This document shows positions 37,915 through 51,749 of a stretch of 64,000 nt of DNA, in pieces. How positions within the stretch are numbered: the stretch's first letter is position 1; every line of letters begins with the position of its first letter. Source of the stretch: Azolla caroliniana (taxonomy: Eukaryota > Plantae > Polypodiophyta); the NCBI GenBank assembly GCA_043228905.1, contig JBHGNT010000017.1, positions 16,368,001-16,432,000 on the forward strand. The letters run 5' to 3'. The translations under genes and the position numbers were made by a program. The notes beneath the pieces are model-generated. The model saw only the letters and a list, made by a program, of their open reading frames with translations, was not told the origin of the DNA and did no database searches.

Positions 37915-40900
37915 GAAGGTGGGTTTTGGCCGGCGGTCTTCGAGTGTGAGAAGAAAGGCAAAATTGATTCAGAAGATCTAAAACATGCTGATCAGAATGT
38001 GCGACGAGTTACCAGATGGTCAAATCTAGTCGACGAAAACACAAGCTTTGCGGAGGTAGTGTGCGACAACTATGAAGCTCATGTCGAAGAGAAGAGGAAA
38101 ACAACCGGTGAAGAAGATGGCACGTCAAAGCGTCCCAACACGAGGAACAAAGGGAAAGAAGGGCAAGTCCCACCTACGCCACGAAAAGAGGTTGGAGAAA
38201 CAAGCATGAAGCCCAGTGGATCGAGCCAATCTGCTCGGATGGAAGTCGAAGAATCAACGAAGAAAGGAAAAGAATGAGCGGCACCGACTTACAAGTTAAG
38301 ATTGGGCATAGAACAAACGACTGACTTGTGGAAGGTCCTTGAGTAGAAGGTTTTAGTCAGTCATGTCGACCTTACTTTGAGAGAATTACTTGGGATCGCG
38401 AAGGAGTTCCATGATACTATCGTGGACCTTATTAAAAGGAAGCGGCAACAATTTGATGAAGAGGAGGTGAAAACAAATGTCATAACCATGGAAAGATCGG
38501 AAGAGGAGGAAGAAGAAGAAGTGGTGGCAGATAGCCATTACTCTCGACCTCATTGGGCAAGAGCGACAACAGAGACGCCAGTGAAAATCGGGGAGAAGAA
38601 AGAAACCGTGGTAGCCTTGATTGATCATGGCTCGGAGATCAACCTCATGTCGACCAAGTTCTACAAGAAAGGAAGATGGCCGATTAATACAAACCACGGA
38701 TGGAAGATTCGAGCGGCTATGAAGGCTACGGAGGACTTGTACGGAGCTTGCCCCAATGATAAAGTCACGATCAGGGATGTGGAGATTGATCAACACTTCT
38801 TCGTGCAAGACTCGGCTTCGCATCTTGTCATCCTAGGACAACCGTATATAACATCATCCCGGATGGAGACCAAGGTGTTCGATAACAGAGCAGCCTTCGC
38901 GTGTGTCAAGAGTCTTGATAATAAAAGATCTGTTCAATTCCTAACGGTGCGAGCTAATCACGAAAGGAACCGAGATAGCCTTGGAGGCGAATCCTAGGAT
39001 TTATAAAGCGGACTATTGAAGTATGGGGCACAAATAGTCCGAGCAATCATAAGTCCCCATAAGGAAGCAGAGTGCGTGGATTGCAAGGAGAAGCAACATG
39101 CATCACACCTAGCGGTGCATGCAAACTAAGACTACTCAACAATAAGGAAAAGTGTTAGATACAAGACTTTGAGGAGGTGTTGAAAGAAGAAAGCATAATC
39201 GAAGAAGAAGAATTTGTGTCTTATATTCTGGAGCAAGCCTCATTTAACGACACCATCGGCGAAATCGAGGAAATCGTGGACTTGAGCTATCCTCACCATC
39301 AACATGTGATTTCGGTTAACTCCGTCAACATGTACGCTATCATCGAGGCATCTTGATAGAGGAAGCCGAAGTCAACACAAAATATAAAACTGTGGATAGG
39401 AAGGTCAAGCCAGTTGTAGTTCCGCTACCGGAAGATACCTGGCAAAAGATGAAGGAAGTTGCAAAAGATCCAAGCTTAAGGAACCCAAATACAATTGGTC
39501 ACGTCTTCACTGAAGAGACGAAGGGGAAGCTATGAGTTGGAAGGGAGGATTTCCTCCTTCCGGAAGAGGAGCAAATGTTCCACGAAATGCTTGAAAGACA
39601 TGGGAAAGCTTTCGCATTTTTCCCACAAGAAATCGGATGTGCTAATCCAAGGATGGTAGAACCGATGGTGATCTTTATGGTACCGCATGTGCCTTGGAAT
39701 TTGAAACCAATACCGGTTCCGAGAGCACACCTACCGAAGTTGATCGAGCTCTTAAAGGAGAAGGTGAGGATGGGAATTTTGGAACCGTCGAACGCTCCTT
39801 ATTCTAATAGATGGTTCACGGTGCCAAAGAAGAATGGATCGTTGTGATTCATTCAAGATCTTCAACCTTTCAACAAGGTGACAATTCGGAATACTGGAAT
39901 CGGTCCAAGTGTGGATGAATTTGCCGAGGCGTTTGTGGGCCGGTCCATCTACTCCATTGGTGATCTCTACTCTGGCTACGATCAATTCTAGTTGGCAGTC
40001 GACAATCGTGACATTACAACCATAAGAACTCCTATCGGCTTGGTGCAGATGTGTACCTTACCTCAAGGTGCGACGAACTCGGTGGCTCCTATAATGAACG
40101 CCATGAACAAGGTCTTGAAGGATTGCATCCCGGATATCACGATGCCATTCTTAGATGATATCCCGATAAAAGGATGTTCGGATGAAGAGAAGGATGAATC
40201 AAAAGATAAGGATGGATGTAGAAAGTTCTTCGTGGATCATATGAAAGATTGCTAGAAGGTGCTCCAAAGGCTCGAAGATGCGAATTTGACATTTTCGGGA
40301 GAAAAATCCGCATTCGGGCAACCGGAGATCTTGGTGGTAGGTCACTTGTGTGGAGCATACGGTCGGAAGCCTTCGCCATCCAAGGTGAATGCAATCCAAG
40401 ACATGAAAGAAGAATGCGTAACCCAAACAGAGGTTCGAAGGTTCCTTGGAGCATGCACATTTTATCATATTTGGATTCCACACTACGCCCACATTGCTCA
40501 GCCATTATATGGTCTACTAAAGAAGAAGCGGATGTTCGAATGGACGAGCGAGCATACAATCGCCATCCGAAAGCTGAAGAAATTATTGATGGAGGCACCT
40601 GCATTACGGAAAGCGGACTATTCATACGGCAAGCCCATTTTCGTGATCGTGGATACTAGTCCAATCGGAATCGGATGGGTTATCAACCAAGAAGATGAAG
40701 ATTGCAACCGATATGCAATTCGGTTTGGCGTGAAAGTGTTAAGTGACAGGCAAAGAAGGTATGCCCAAGTGAAGAGGGAGCTATGGGGAATCGTCTCGGC
40801 AATCAAATCTCATCGTGATTACCTTATTGGAGCAGACGTCATAATTGAGACAGATTGTCTACCAATTTTGGGTATGATATCTGGTTGTAATACACCAGAT

Positions 40901-43241
40901 ATTGCCATGTTGCGTTAGATTGCATATATCAAATCACTCAACCCGGAGATCCGTCATGTAGCTGGGAAGCGTAATGTCGTTGCAGACATACTATCACAAG
41001 CGAGATATGACGGAGAAGAAGATCGACATTCTGATGGAGAGGATGTTGGCTTGGATTTCTTTACAAGTTCCTACGCTCAGGTGCTGACTACTTTCATAGA
41101 AGAGGATTACGAAGGCGAATTCGTGGAGATCGGGAAATACTTGAGTTCTCTCCAAAAAGATGAATCATGGTCGACGGAAGACTTCCATCGAATTCGGAAG
41201 AAGGCATACAAGTATTTCCTTAAGGATGGAGTTCTTTGGAGGCATGCAAAAAAGAAGAATGGGACTCCAATGAGAGTTGTCTGCAAGCTAGAAGACCGAC
41301 AAAAACTAATGTCTGAATTTCATGATAGTGTTTTTGTAGGCCATCGAGGAATATGGGCTACATTTGTGAAGCTTAAGGAGAAATATTGGTGGCTGGGCAT
41401 TTACAAAGATGTAGCAGCTTATGTGGAAACATGTAAGGAATGTCAGATGTTTTCGAATATTCGCCATCGAGATGAACTTCATCCGACTTACCCGTTGGCT
41501 ATGCATTACAAGTGGATGGTGGACATCGTGAGGACGCCAATGGGGCGATGGCAGATGAAGTATCTTGTGCTCGCGAGAGAGGATCTTACCAATCAAGTTG
41601 AAGGGCGAGCATTGAGACCTAAGGAGACATCATCGGTATGCAAATTCCTTCTTGAAGATGTTATTTGCAAATATGGATGCGTTGGCAAGATAGTGGTTGA
41701 TAGAGGCGAGCTAGACGCCAATGAAGCTAGAGAATTCTTCTCTAGGATGGGAATCAAATTATCTCTTACCATGGCGTATAATCTGGAAGCAAATGGGAAA
41801 GTGGAACGTGGACATGGACCGATTGTGAAGGCTCTAGTGAAAGCTTGCCATGGGAAAATAGGAGAATGGCCGCGTCTATTGACATTTTCACTATGGGCTG
41901 ACAAGACTACTCATAGCACGGTGACGGGATACATGCCGGCAGAGCTCATATTCGGACAAAAGCCGATAATGCATGTAGAACAAAGTATTATTTCATGGTT
42001 TGCATTGCCATGGCAAGATGAGATAAGTAGAGAAGATCTTCTAGCATTCAGGATTCATCAGTTGGAGCGGAATTTGGAAGATATAGAAGTGGCTAAAGTG
42101 TGACTAAAGAATGCAAGGCTAAAGAACAAGAAAGACTTCGATAAACGACATCGACTTCGCCCGAGGAAAATCGTTGAAGGAGATTGGGTGCTAGTCTATG
42201 AAAGTAGCCTAGACAACCAACATAGTACGGCTCGAAAATTTTCACAACAATGGTTTGGACCATATGTGGTGAAGAAAGTGGAAGAAAATGCAACATATCA
42301 TTTAGTAGAATTGGATGGTACACCACTTGCCTTACCAATTGCAGGTAAAAGAATCAAGATCTTCAAGAGAAGAGATAGAATAGAAATTGGATTCGAAGCT
42401 TTTGACAATTTTGTCTTGGGCATCAATGAAAAAGTATAGTAAACAAAAGTGGAGCCTCACCGAAATTGGCACATACCGGTGGATGTGCAGGTTTGGTGGG
42501 GGCGAATGTCATGTGAATCTTCACACACTATGTAAAAAATAATGAAATAATTATTTTAGATTAGATTAGTAGCTTGTTATAGAAATATGGATGTACTCAA
42601 GAGCTTCAAAACACATTTTACTACATACAAAATAGACAACTACATATCAAGTTAGGTGGACATGAAGCTTGAGGAGATAGGGAAAATAGAATTTTGAAGT
42701 ATCCCACATAGATAGGAAACTTAAGGCCCTAGCTATATAAGCACATTGAGATCAGGCGAAACTGGCGACCGGACGAGGTTGGACGCGAACCGGACGGATT
42801 GGATGGGCAGCAATCGAGACAGACGGATGATTGGATCATGTGGCTAATTAAAGTAAAGTAAAGTAAAGTAAAGTAAAGGTCATGTGGATGGTCGCATGCA
42901 ACTAAAAGAAAAAGCCATGCAACTAAAAAGGGATGCAACTAAAAGTAAAGGCCATGCGACTAAAAGTGGACATGCAAGTAACATGGAAAGCTATGATCAA
43001 GGGAGAACTCCATATAAAATTCCATTTTTTTTCCTACACTCATTCTCTTTCCATATTTTTATTTATTTTTCCTTCTTAGCTCCCTTATCTTATGGAAGCC
43101 ATATCTCTTGTATAACCTAATTCTAATTTTCCCTACGGAAGCTATAACTCTCATAAACCCTAATTTTCCCTACGGAAGCTATATCTCTCAAAATCTAAAA
43201 TCTCTTAGAAAAGCCAAAAACCCTAAATTTCTATTGAATCC

Positions 43242-43517
43242 AAGTTCACGTATCCTTGTCGTATTTTCGCGACAACGTATAATAATTTTGTCCACTCATC
43301 GACTAGGGTTACAACATTTTATGCTTATATGGGCTATCATCCCCGGTGGTGTGTATTCGAAACTCCGGAGTTACCCATAAAGTTCACGTATCCTTGTCGT
43401 ATTTTCGCGACAACGTATAATAATTTTGTCCACTCATCAATTAGGGTTACACCATTTTATGCTTATATGGGCTATCATCCCCGGTGGTGTGTATTCGAAA
43501 CTCCGGAGTTACCCATA
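43242..43517. repeat. 138-bp tandem duplication spanning the F LTR / D junction
   Basis: Units start AAGTTCACG at 43242 and 43380; three substitutions seen between them. Confidence 0.9.
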
Positions 43518-44445
43518 AATCCTTCTATAGAGGATTGTTTGGAGAGGCTACGCAAGATACATGCAGACTTATCTACTCATTTATAACAAGCCCAACAAAC
43601 ACAGAAGGATTATGTGGATCGTCATCGGCTTCCATCTAGTTTTAACATTGGAGATAGGGTATGGATATTATGTCAACACATCAAGACTACTCGACCATGC
43701 GAGAAATTGGACTATCGACGATTAGGTCCTTTTTGTATTATCGGAAAAATTAATGATGTTGCTTTTCATCTTGATCTACCTTCACAACTACGGATACATC
43801 CGGTTTTTCATAGTTCTCTTCTCGAACCGTATCATGACAACACTATTCGGAATCGTATTATACCACCTCCACCCTTGATCAAGCTTGAAGCAGGACCAGA
43901 GAACGAAGTAGGTGCCATCCTTGATTCCAAGATTGTTCGCAACAAGCTCTACTATTTGGTCAATTGGCTAGGCTATAGTCCAAGTGAGCGTAGTTGGGAA
44001 CCAGTCGAGAATATGGTAAATGCTCGAGCTCTTGTTGAGGACTTTTATCGACGATATCCCAACAAGCCAGGACCTCCATCTAAGACGACTCGTGACAATC
44101 ATTGTCTTAAGGGGGGGGGGGGGAGGGTAGTGTCATGATATAGCATGATATAGCTTCCAAAGGATTTGAACCCATGACCTTGTGGCACATGAGTGGAGCC
44201 TTACCATTTAGCTATAAGTTCTAATACAAAGAATATTATTTCCATTTATTATTTCACTTAGGAAATCCATGTATATTCTAGATTTCTCTGGAACATTCTA
44301 AAAATGTCAAGAATATTCTTAAAGCCACTATAAAAAGAGGCACATGGCATTATCAAGAACTAAATCGATTCAACGCCAATCTTAAGCCTCCTAGTTGTTC
44401 TTGTATCTTTCTTCTTATAATATAATATACTTCTTGTTGTCATCA

Positions 44446-44480
<35 letters not shown>

Positions 44481-44482
<2 letters not shown>

Positions 44483-44935
44483 GTTTTTCGACCAACCGCA
44501 CATCTTGGAAAAACACCAAGAAACTTAGGAAGAAATGGTTTGATAAAGAATGTCGTGAAGCTCGAAAGTGCCTTATGGTTTTGGATGTAGTTAAGGATAA
44601 AGAGAACTACCAAAAGCATTTGCATGAGTATAAAAGGCTTATTCAAAGAAAGAGAAGAATATGGGAAGTTACTCGGCAATTTATCCAAATGCAAGAGAAA
44701 GCACATGCATGTGCTAAATTTTGGGGAAATCTAAAAGGGAAACGCGTTGAGAGTTATGGTGACTTAACTCTTCACGACTTGTCTATGCATTGTAAGAATT
44801 TATATGAGTTATCTCTTGCCTGAAAACTGATGTGTTATGGTTCTCTTTCAGATATGCCTCCCTTCTTTACAATTGAGATATATGCATAGGACTTAAGAAA
44901 TTGGCCTCTCGAAAGGCAAGCGATCTTCAATGTTG
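44481..44935 (+). mobile_element. LINE ORF2 fragment (endonuclease-RT linker)
   Basis: KKWFDKECREARK...FW motif typical of non-LTR ORF2 linkers. Confidence 0.6.
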
Positions 44936-45052
44936 CTAGTTTCCATATATGACACACAAGTTGTTTGGATATTTGTTACCTAATATGCATGGTTGTGTAC
45001 GACTCTTATGTTCGACTACTTTGTAGTTAAAGCTTCACACAATCTTATGTAG

Positions 45053-45294
45053 TAGAACCAAAAAAATACTAGCATCCCAAATCATTATAAACCAATGTAC
45101 TACCTCAATCTCAATCATGATCAAAGAAAAACCTTAAGACCTCATCTTTACACTAGGCATTTAGTTAATATCATAGAACCAAAAAATATATTAACATTCC
45201 AAATCATTATAAACCAATTTATTACCTCAATTTTAATCATGATCAAAGAAAAACCTTAAGACCTCATCTTCATACTAGCCATTTAGTCAATATC
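45053..45294. repeat. ~121-bp degenerate tandem duplication
   Basis: TAGAACCAAAAAA...AAACCTTAAGACCTCATCTT at 45053 and 45174. Confidence 0.8.
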
Positions 45295-46771
45295 ATCATG
45301 TGTTATAGTCATCTTTGTTTGGTACACTTACAATGGCCTTAGGTTTTCATCCACAACCAAAAGATTATAGAACAAACTTATTCATCTAATGTTTCCACAT
45401 CATGATCTCTAAACCATATAATTTATTTTGCAATAAAATTTGTGGCATTTTCCACATCATAATCCCTACACCATATATATCGGCACATTAGTACGGTTTC
45501 TATGAACATTCTAAAGCATTTGCAAAAGTTACTTATTCCATTTTTTAAATCATAAAGAGAAATGCTAAATTATAAACACACATTTCAAGAAACAAACTTG
45601 AATTTGCCTTGGAAGTTCTTGATGAGAGTTTCTAAAGTTAAGCAAGAGCATTATAATTCCAATGTTAAATTCACTTATAAATTATAATATATTGTTGTGT
45701 CAAGAATGTGGGCATAATTATGTGTTTAACATTACTATATGTAAGGAGGAAAACAACATCATCAATGCAAATGAGGTGTGTGTATACGTGCATGTTCATT
45801 TCCATGTGCATACGATGTTTAGGTGAATAACTATTAACTTAAGTCTATTCGCGTCTATATAAATTCATTTTATGTGAGCATGTTTTACACAAATTCTTTA
45901 TCAAGCGTGTGGAAAGTTGTGATGGAAAACCTATAAAAATTTGATTGTTGCGTTACATTAGACTTTCGTAACGTCACCATCATCATGTGGATGTATGTCA
46001 ATAGGCATACATATATCGTATGTGAATAGATGAGTCAAAAGGAAATTAGATAAAGTTGTGTAGAGTGCATTATAACTTGCATGACTAGATGAGCGAGTGA
46101 GCGCATGTGTGTGTAAAGGAACATGCATACCACCAAAAGAATGCAAATAATTTGCATATATGCATTGCAAGTAGAACCTTGATGAACCATAAAGCAATGG
46201 AAAAGTAGGGTGGTGTCCAAAACAAAGAGATATCCATTGCCAATATAGGATATGTAACGAAACTTGTCTCCAAAATGGGTAAGGAATCAAGAACATGGTT
46301 GGGGTTAGTCAAATTCAATAATACTAAATAATGAAACCAAAATTTGGAAGTCATATTGAAGGTGAGCACTACATACTGATAAGCAAACAAGAAATGAGGT
46401 TTTCAGCTATGATTGATAAAAGGAACCAATAAAATGTTCCTTGAAATACGTGGTGAGAGGGACATATCTTGTACATTACAAGGAATTTCCCCCATGAGTT
46501 GATACACTTGTATATATAAGATTCCTTAATATAGGTCAATGAATCACATATGAAAGTTTGCCTTGTTACACTTACTACAAAGAAAAAGCAAAAGAAAGGG
46601 GAGGAAAAAGAAGTGTGAGATGAATTTTAGAGTAAAGGAAGCTACACACTCTTGTGGTGTCCAACCAAAGATCAACAAGAAAAGGGAGGGGGAAGGTAAA
46701 AGGGAGGTGGGTAGGCCATGTGTAGAGGTGCACATTTATAAGTAGCGGAGAGGAGAGGGGTTAATTCTCTA

Positions 46772-46813
<42 letters not shown>

Positions 46814-47008
46814 GTGTGTGTAAGCACATGGGTGTGTTAATTTGTTATAAGCAATAGATGGTATATGATTAAGGTTAGAGAGAGTGTGTGATTTTGTATG
46901 TGTGTTGACATTGTTATAAATACTAGGTGAAAATCAAGGGTAGAGTGTGTATTAATTTGTGATAATTACTTGGTAGCATTTTACTAAGGTTAGTTGTAGA
47001 TTGAGAGA

Positions 47009-50000
47009 ATGGCAACATTGCAAGGAGAGGAAGAGGAGGAGATCATCTTTAAGTCTCAATTGCCACCATCTCCAATCCCTTCTGATCTTTCGCTTCCTCA
47101 ATTTGTTCTTCAAAACGTCGATGAGTACCCGGATGCAATTGCCATCGTTGATGCATCTGATGGTCGTTCTTTTACTTATGATCAGGTGCTTTCATCTAGG
47201 TCACTCAATTACCCCTATAATTCATTATCTATAAACACAAATCCTTCCATAGTTTCTATACAACCATGTCTTTTATTAGTACCTGAACAAGAAACATCCA
47301 TGTCTTTAGCATTCCATAACATTGTACTAGAGTTTGAAGTCTCATTTTGGCAATTCCTCAATCTAAATGTTGTAAGACACATGTCATCAGCCAATTTTCT
47401 ACCTACATTAAACATTTTGTCCTTGTTGAGTCTATGACAATTACTCACCAAAAGGGATTCGATAGTGTTGACACATACATGTGCATGGATTTGGTATTGT
47501 CGAGATAATAACAAATAAACACATTATAGAATAAAGTTGCGTGGATGATTATGAACCTCTTACATATTTAGTTTTGTTATTTTATTGTCTAATTGGATAC
47601 AATGTGAATTTTATGTTTCTTTTCTCCCTATTTTTAAAGTCTATACTAGTGTATGAAACTCTATTAGGCTTCTATGTATATGTAAGTATCAATATTTATG
47701 GAATTAAGTACTTCATTACTTGTTCTCCCAATCCCTCTCTACACCTCTATGTTTAATTTCTATAGTAAATATCTTTAATGGATTCATGGTTTATAGGTGC
47801 TCAAAATGTTGGCTCCAAAAGGACATTAGAAATTAGGTAGTATAGGGTCTAAGATTGATCAATTCATGGACCATTCCTTGCATCTTTATATATACTTTCA
47901 TTCTAAATCTTGTAGTTTATCCATGCAAGAATCAAGAAATGTTTATTAAATACCGCATTGTTCTATAATCCTTCTAATGCCTTTCAACATTTTGATGTGT
48001 AGGTCCGTTCCCTCTCATTGAAAGTTGCTGTTGGGTTATATCTCAACTTCAACATACGTAGAGGAGATGTTGTTTGTGTCATTCTACCTAACATCCCGGA
48101 ATATCCTTTCATTGTCTTTGGCATTCTCACAGCAGGAGGTGTTTTCACTGGTGGTAACACGTCATCTCACTCTGATGAGCTTACAAAGCAAATCACACAT
48201 TCTGAAGCAAAGCTCATAATCACAGATGCAATATCTTACCACAAGGTTCAACATCTTGTACCACAAATTCCAATAATTATTGTGGGTCCACATGATCCCC
48301 TAGAAGGCGTTACCCCTATTGAAAAACTTTATGAAACCGATACTAGTAATGTTTGCCTACCCCAAGTCTTACAAGAAGATCTTTGTGCCCTCCCTTTCTC
48401 TTCAGGCACTACGGGTGTATCCAAAGGAGTCATGATAACTCATCGGAACCTCATTGCAAATTTATGTTCCACACTTTTTGATCTTGAAAGAGCCAATTTG
48501 ACTCCAGGACAAAATGTTACTCTAGGATTAATGCCCTTCTTCCACATATATGGATTTACTGGAATATGTTGTTCTACTTTAAGATCAAAAGGCACAGTGG
48601 TGGTCTTAGCGAGGTTTGAACTTCGACTTTTCTTAAATGCCCTCATTGACTACGGAGTCACCTTTGCTCCTATAGTACCACCCATTATCCTTGCTCTTGT
48701 CAAGAATCCTCTTGTGAATGAATTTGATTTGACTAAGCTCAAACTATTAGCTGTTATGACTGCCGCAGCACCTCTTGCACCAGATTTGCAAAAGAACTTT
48801 GAAGAAAAGTTTCCAGGAGTTATTATACAAGAGGTGTGTATATTAAAACTGTTATGGTTTGAAAAGAAATGAAATATAAACACAAGTTGTTTACAATGCA
48901 TTTGAACATTTTATTAGAATAATTGTGTACGACAACATTAATTGCATCAAGCATATTTTCTTTTCTTTTAATTTGTTGTACTAAATAGTGGCTTTTGAAT
49001 AGTTTACAATGCATCTTGACAAGCTTTCCTATGACATTAAATTAATCTTTTTGAATTCTAAATGCATATAGTTACTTTAACTTATATGTCCCATACCATA
49101 TTTTTTTACAGGCATATGGGCTGACAGAGCATAGTTGCATAACACTTTCACATTGTGCACCTGACCACGTTCGAGGGAATTCAAAAAAAGGATCTGTAGG
49201 ATTCATTTTACCCAACTTGGAAGTCAAATTTATTGACCCCGAAACTGGGAAATCGTTACCCCAAAACAAACTTGGAGAGCTTTGTGTTCGTAGTCAATGT
49301 GTGACAATAGGTAAGGAGTGGATTTATCCTAAAGATATTTTTTGCCTATAGCCAACATGTGCATATCACATTACATGGTATTTTGCATGAATAATGCAAG
49401 ATGCTTTGTATATAAACTAAAGTTTCATTTATGTCTTAATATAGGTTATTTCAAGAATGACGAAGCCACAAAGAGCACCATAGATGAAAAGGGTTGGCTA
49501 CACACAGGAGATATAGGTTACATAGATGATGATGGTGATATATTTATTGTGGATCGGATCAAGGAATTGATCAAGTACAAAGGTTTCCAGGTTGGCAATT
49601 AGATTTTGAAACTTGAATATATGATACTTGATCAATGTATATGTCATTTTAACCTAATAATGTGTTGTTTAACAATATTGTCAAGATGAAGATAATCATG
49701 AATACGTGTACATGTTTGAATTGTTATTTCTTATGTTAGGTGCCTCCTGCTGAGCTTGAGGCCATTTTAGTCTCCCATCCACAAATAAATGATGCCGCAG
49801 TAGTACCGTAAGTACCTTCATTGAGCTACATGGTTTTGTTAACACCTAGTGTTCGCCCTTTACATCATTAGATTTCTAAATGAATTATAAATTATATAAG
49901 AGATATGTGTATTGCTCATGCTTATAGATTCGAAGGCTACATTACTGAAATTCTATATTTCGAATTTTTGCATCTTAAAGTTGTGGCCATAAATATAAAG

Positions 50001-50600
50001 CAATGAGTTTGTTGCTTTTGCATCCATGATAACTATTAGCAACTCTTCATTTGACCATAACAACTTGAATAGATGCAAAAAGCAATAACATGAAAATGAA
50101 GGATAGGATTGCATTATGTAAAATAAAGAACAATATGTGCGTGAAATGGAAAATGGAAATATAAAAGAGTAAATACATAATATACCTTTTTTCTTTATAC
50201 GTGGAATTATGAAAGGATACCAAATGAAGAAGCTGGTGAGATACCCGTAGCATGTGTCGTACTTGCCAACGGGAGCTCTTTAAAAGAGGATGACATCATA
50301 CACTTTGTGGCGGCCAAGGTATTTAATCTCTACTATTTACGCCAGTGTGTTCTATAGACCAAGTGTCATACACACACTTTTTGCTTACATATGTACATGT
50401 ATAAATGAATGTTTGTGTACATGTCTATTTACAAAAGATGATGACCAATGGTATGCATCATGTAGGTGGCTTCTTACAAAAAAGTGAGGATGGTGTTCTT
50501 TTTTGATAGCATTCCAAAGAATGCTTCGGGCAAAATCTTGAGAAGGAATGCGAGAGACACAGTCCTTAAGCGCCTACAAGATAGTACGAACAATAGTTGA
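47009..50600 (+). CDS. ACOS5: Acyl-CoA synthetase 5 (4CL-like, sporopollenin pathway), 7 exons, 552 aa
   Basis: Exons 47009-47185, 48003-48833, 49112-49310, 49445-49590, 49740-49807, 50216-50318, 50466-50600; all introns GT-AG, in phase, 1659 nt. Motifs [63 protein letters not shown] match Arabidopsis ACOS5 as I recall it. Confidence 0.92.
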
Positions 50601-51749
50601 TCAATAGTTACAAAGAAACATTTTATACATGTTTTCATGGTCGATGACATTCGAATAACTGAATTTATTGACTTCAAATGCATGACAACATATTACCTTG
50701 AAGACTATTAAGGGTGTTCAATGAACATGAGATCATTTCTTTTCTTGAAACAAATAATTTTGTTGCGTCCCAACATGTGCAACATATGTCCTTTCTAAGC
50801 TTTGTGACATATTGAATAATGAAATTCCAAAGCAAAAATGATTCTAAGGTATTTATCATTGCTTATATATCCTTCCATTCATACGATAACCCATTTTAGA
50901 TATATTGTTTTGTTTCGGGAATGTTTTTGTCATTTAATTTCTAGTGCACATTCAATGTCTAAAAATTTGTACTATCCTCGATGCCAAAATGAATCACTTG
51001 TAGATATACGGTATAAGTAAATGATTTTAATTATAGAAGATAAAAGGTTCCTTGTAATAATAGACGTGGCATAGAGGTTAAAGGTTGAGCATTTGATGGT
51101 AATGTTATTTATAAAACAATGAAAGTTTGCTTGTAGATCTAATTTGCTCACAAAGGTTAGAGTAGATGTACGAAATGATTGCACCGTATAATTCTCCATG
51201 ACAATTTTTTCTTAAAATTTTATTGATAAAGATAATGTTTTGAGCCCTACAAGAATACTAAGTTGGTCCTCATAATTAGGATGTCTAGCAATTGCAATAA
51301 CCTTTCTTCGATCTACCTCTTCTCTCATGTGCATAATGAGTTTAAATTTACAATAGCAAGTTGTATTTGTAAAATATGCAAGGATCTTAGACTAATTCTC
51401 AAACAAAAAGATCACTTAGAAGACTTGAGGATAAATTAGTAGATTAGGAAAATCGAGTTGATGATTACAAAGATGTAGAATGGTGTATGTAAGCAATATC
51501 TACAAGTAGCTCAAAACCCAAGAGTTACTTAACTAGTTCCATACTATTCTAAGTATAATCACACCTAACAATTACTTAATTAGTGTAAAGAATCAAGTGT
51601 ATGATTTTGTGCAGCGGAATGAAGATGTGTGTGTGTGAGAGAGAGAGAAAGAGAGACGACACATATAGACAGAAAACAAGAAAACTGTATTAACAAGGAA
51701 AATAACAACCAACAACAACTACAATGGTGAGAGATGGTGCTCTACATAG

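Larger units (their letters stand above)
27466..43274 (+). mobile_element. Element F: gypsy of the B lineage inserted in D's integrase
   Basis: LTRs 27466-~28330 (3'-truncated, fused to gag) and 42507-43274. TSD ACGT/ACGT restores EFTYNN. gag CVWCNSFEHSRREC, protease IDHGSEIN, RT FLDD, RNase H, integrase. Confidence 0.9.
23841..44480 (+). mobile_element. Element D: decayed Tcn1-like chromovirus (A family), split by F
   Basis: 5' LTR 23841-24282 (TA for TG), gag from 24378, RT YLDD, RNase H. Integrase split at 27465/43275, chromodomain 43900-44060. PPT poly-G; 3' LTR from 44131, truncated at (CT)n near 44480. Confidence 0.85.
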
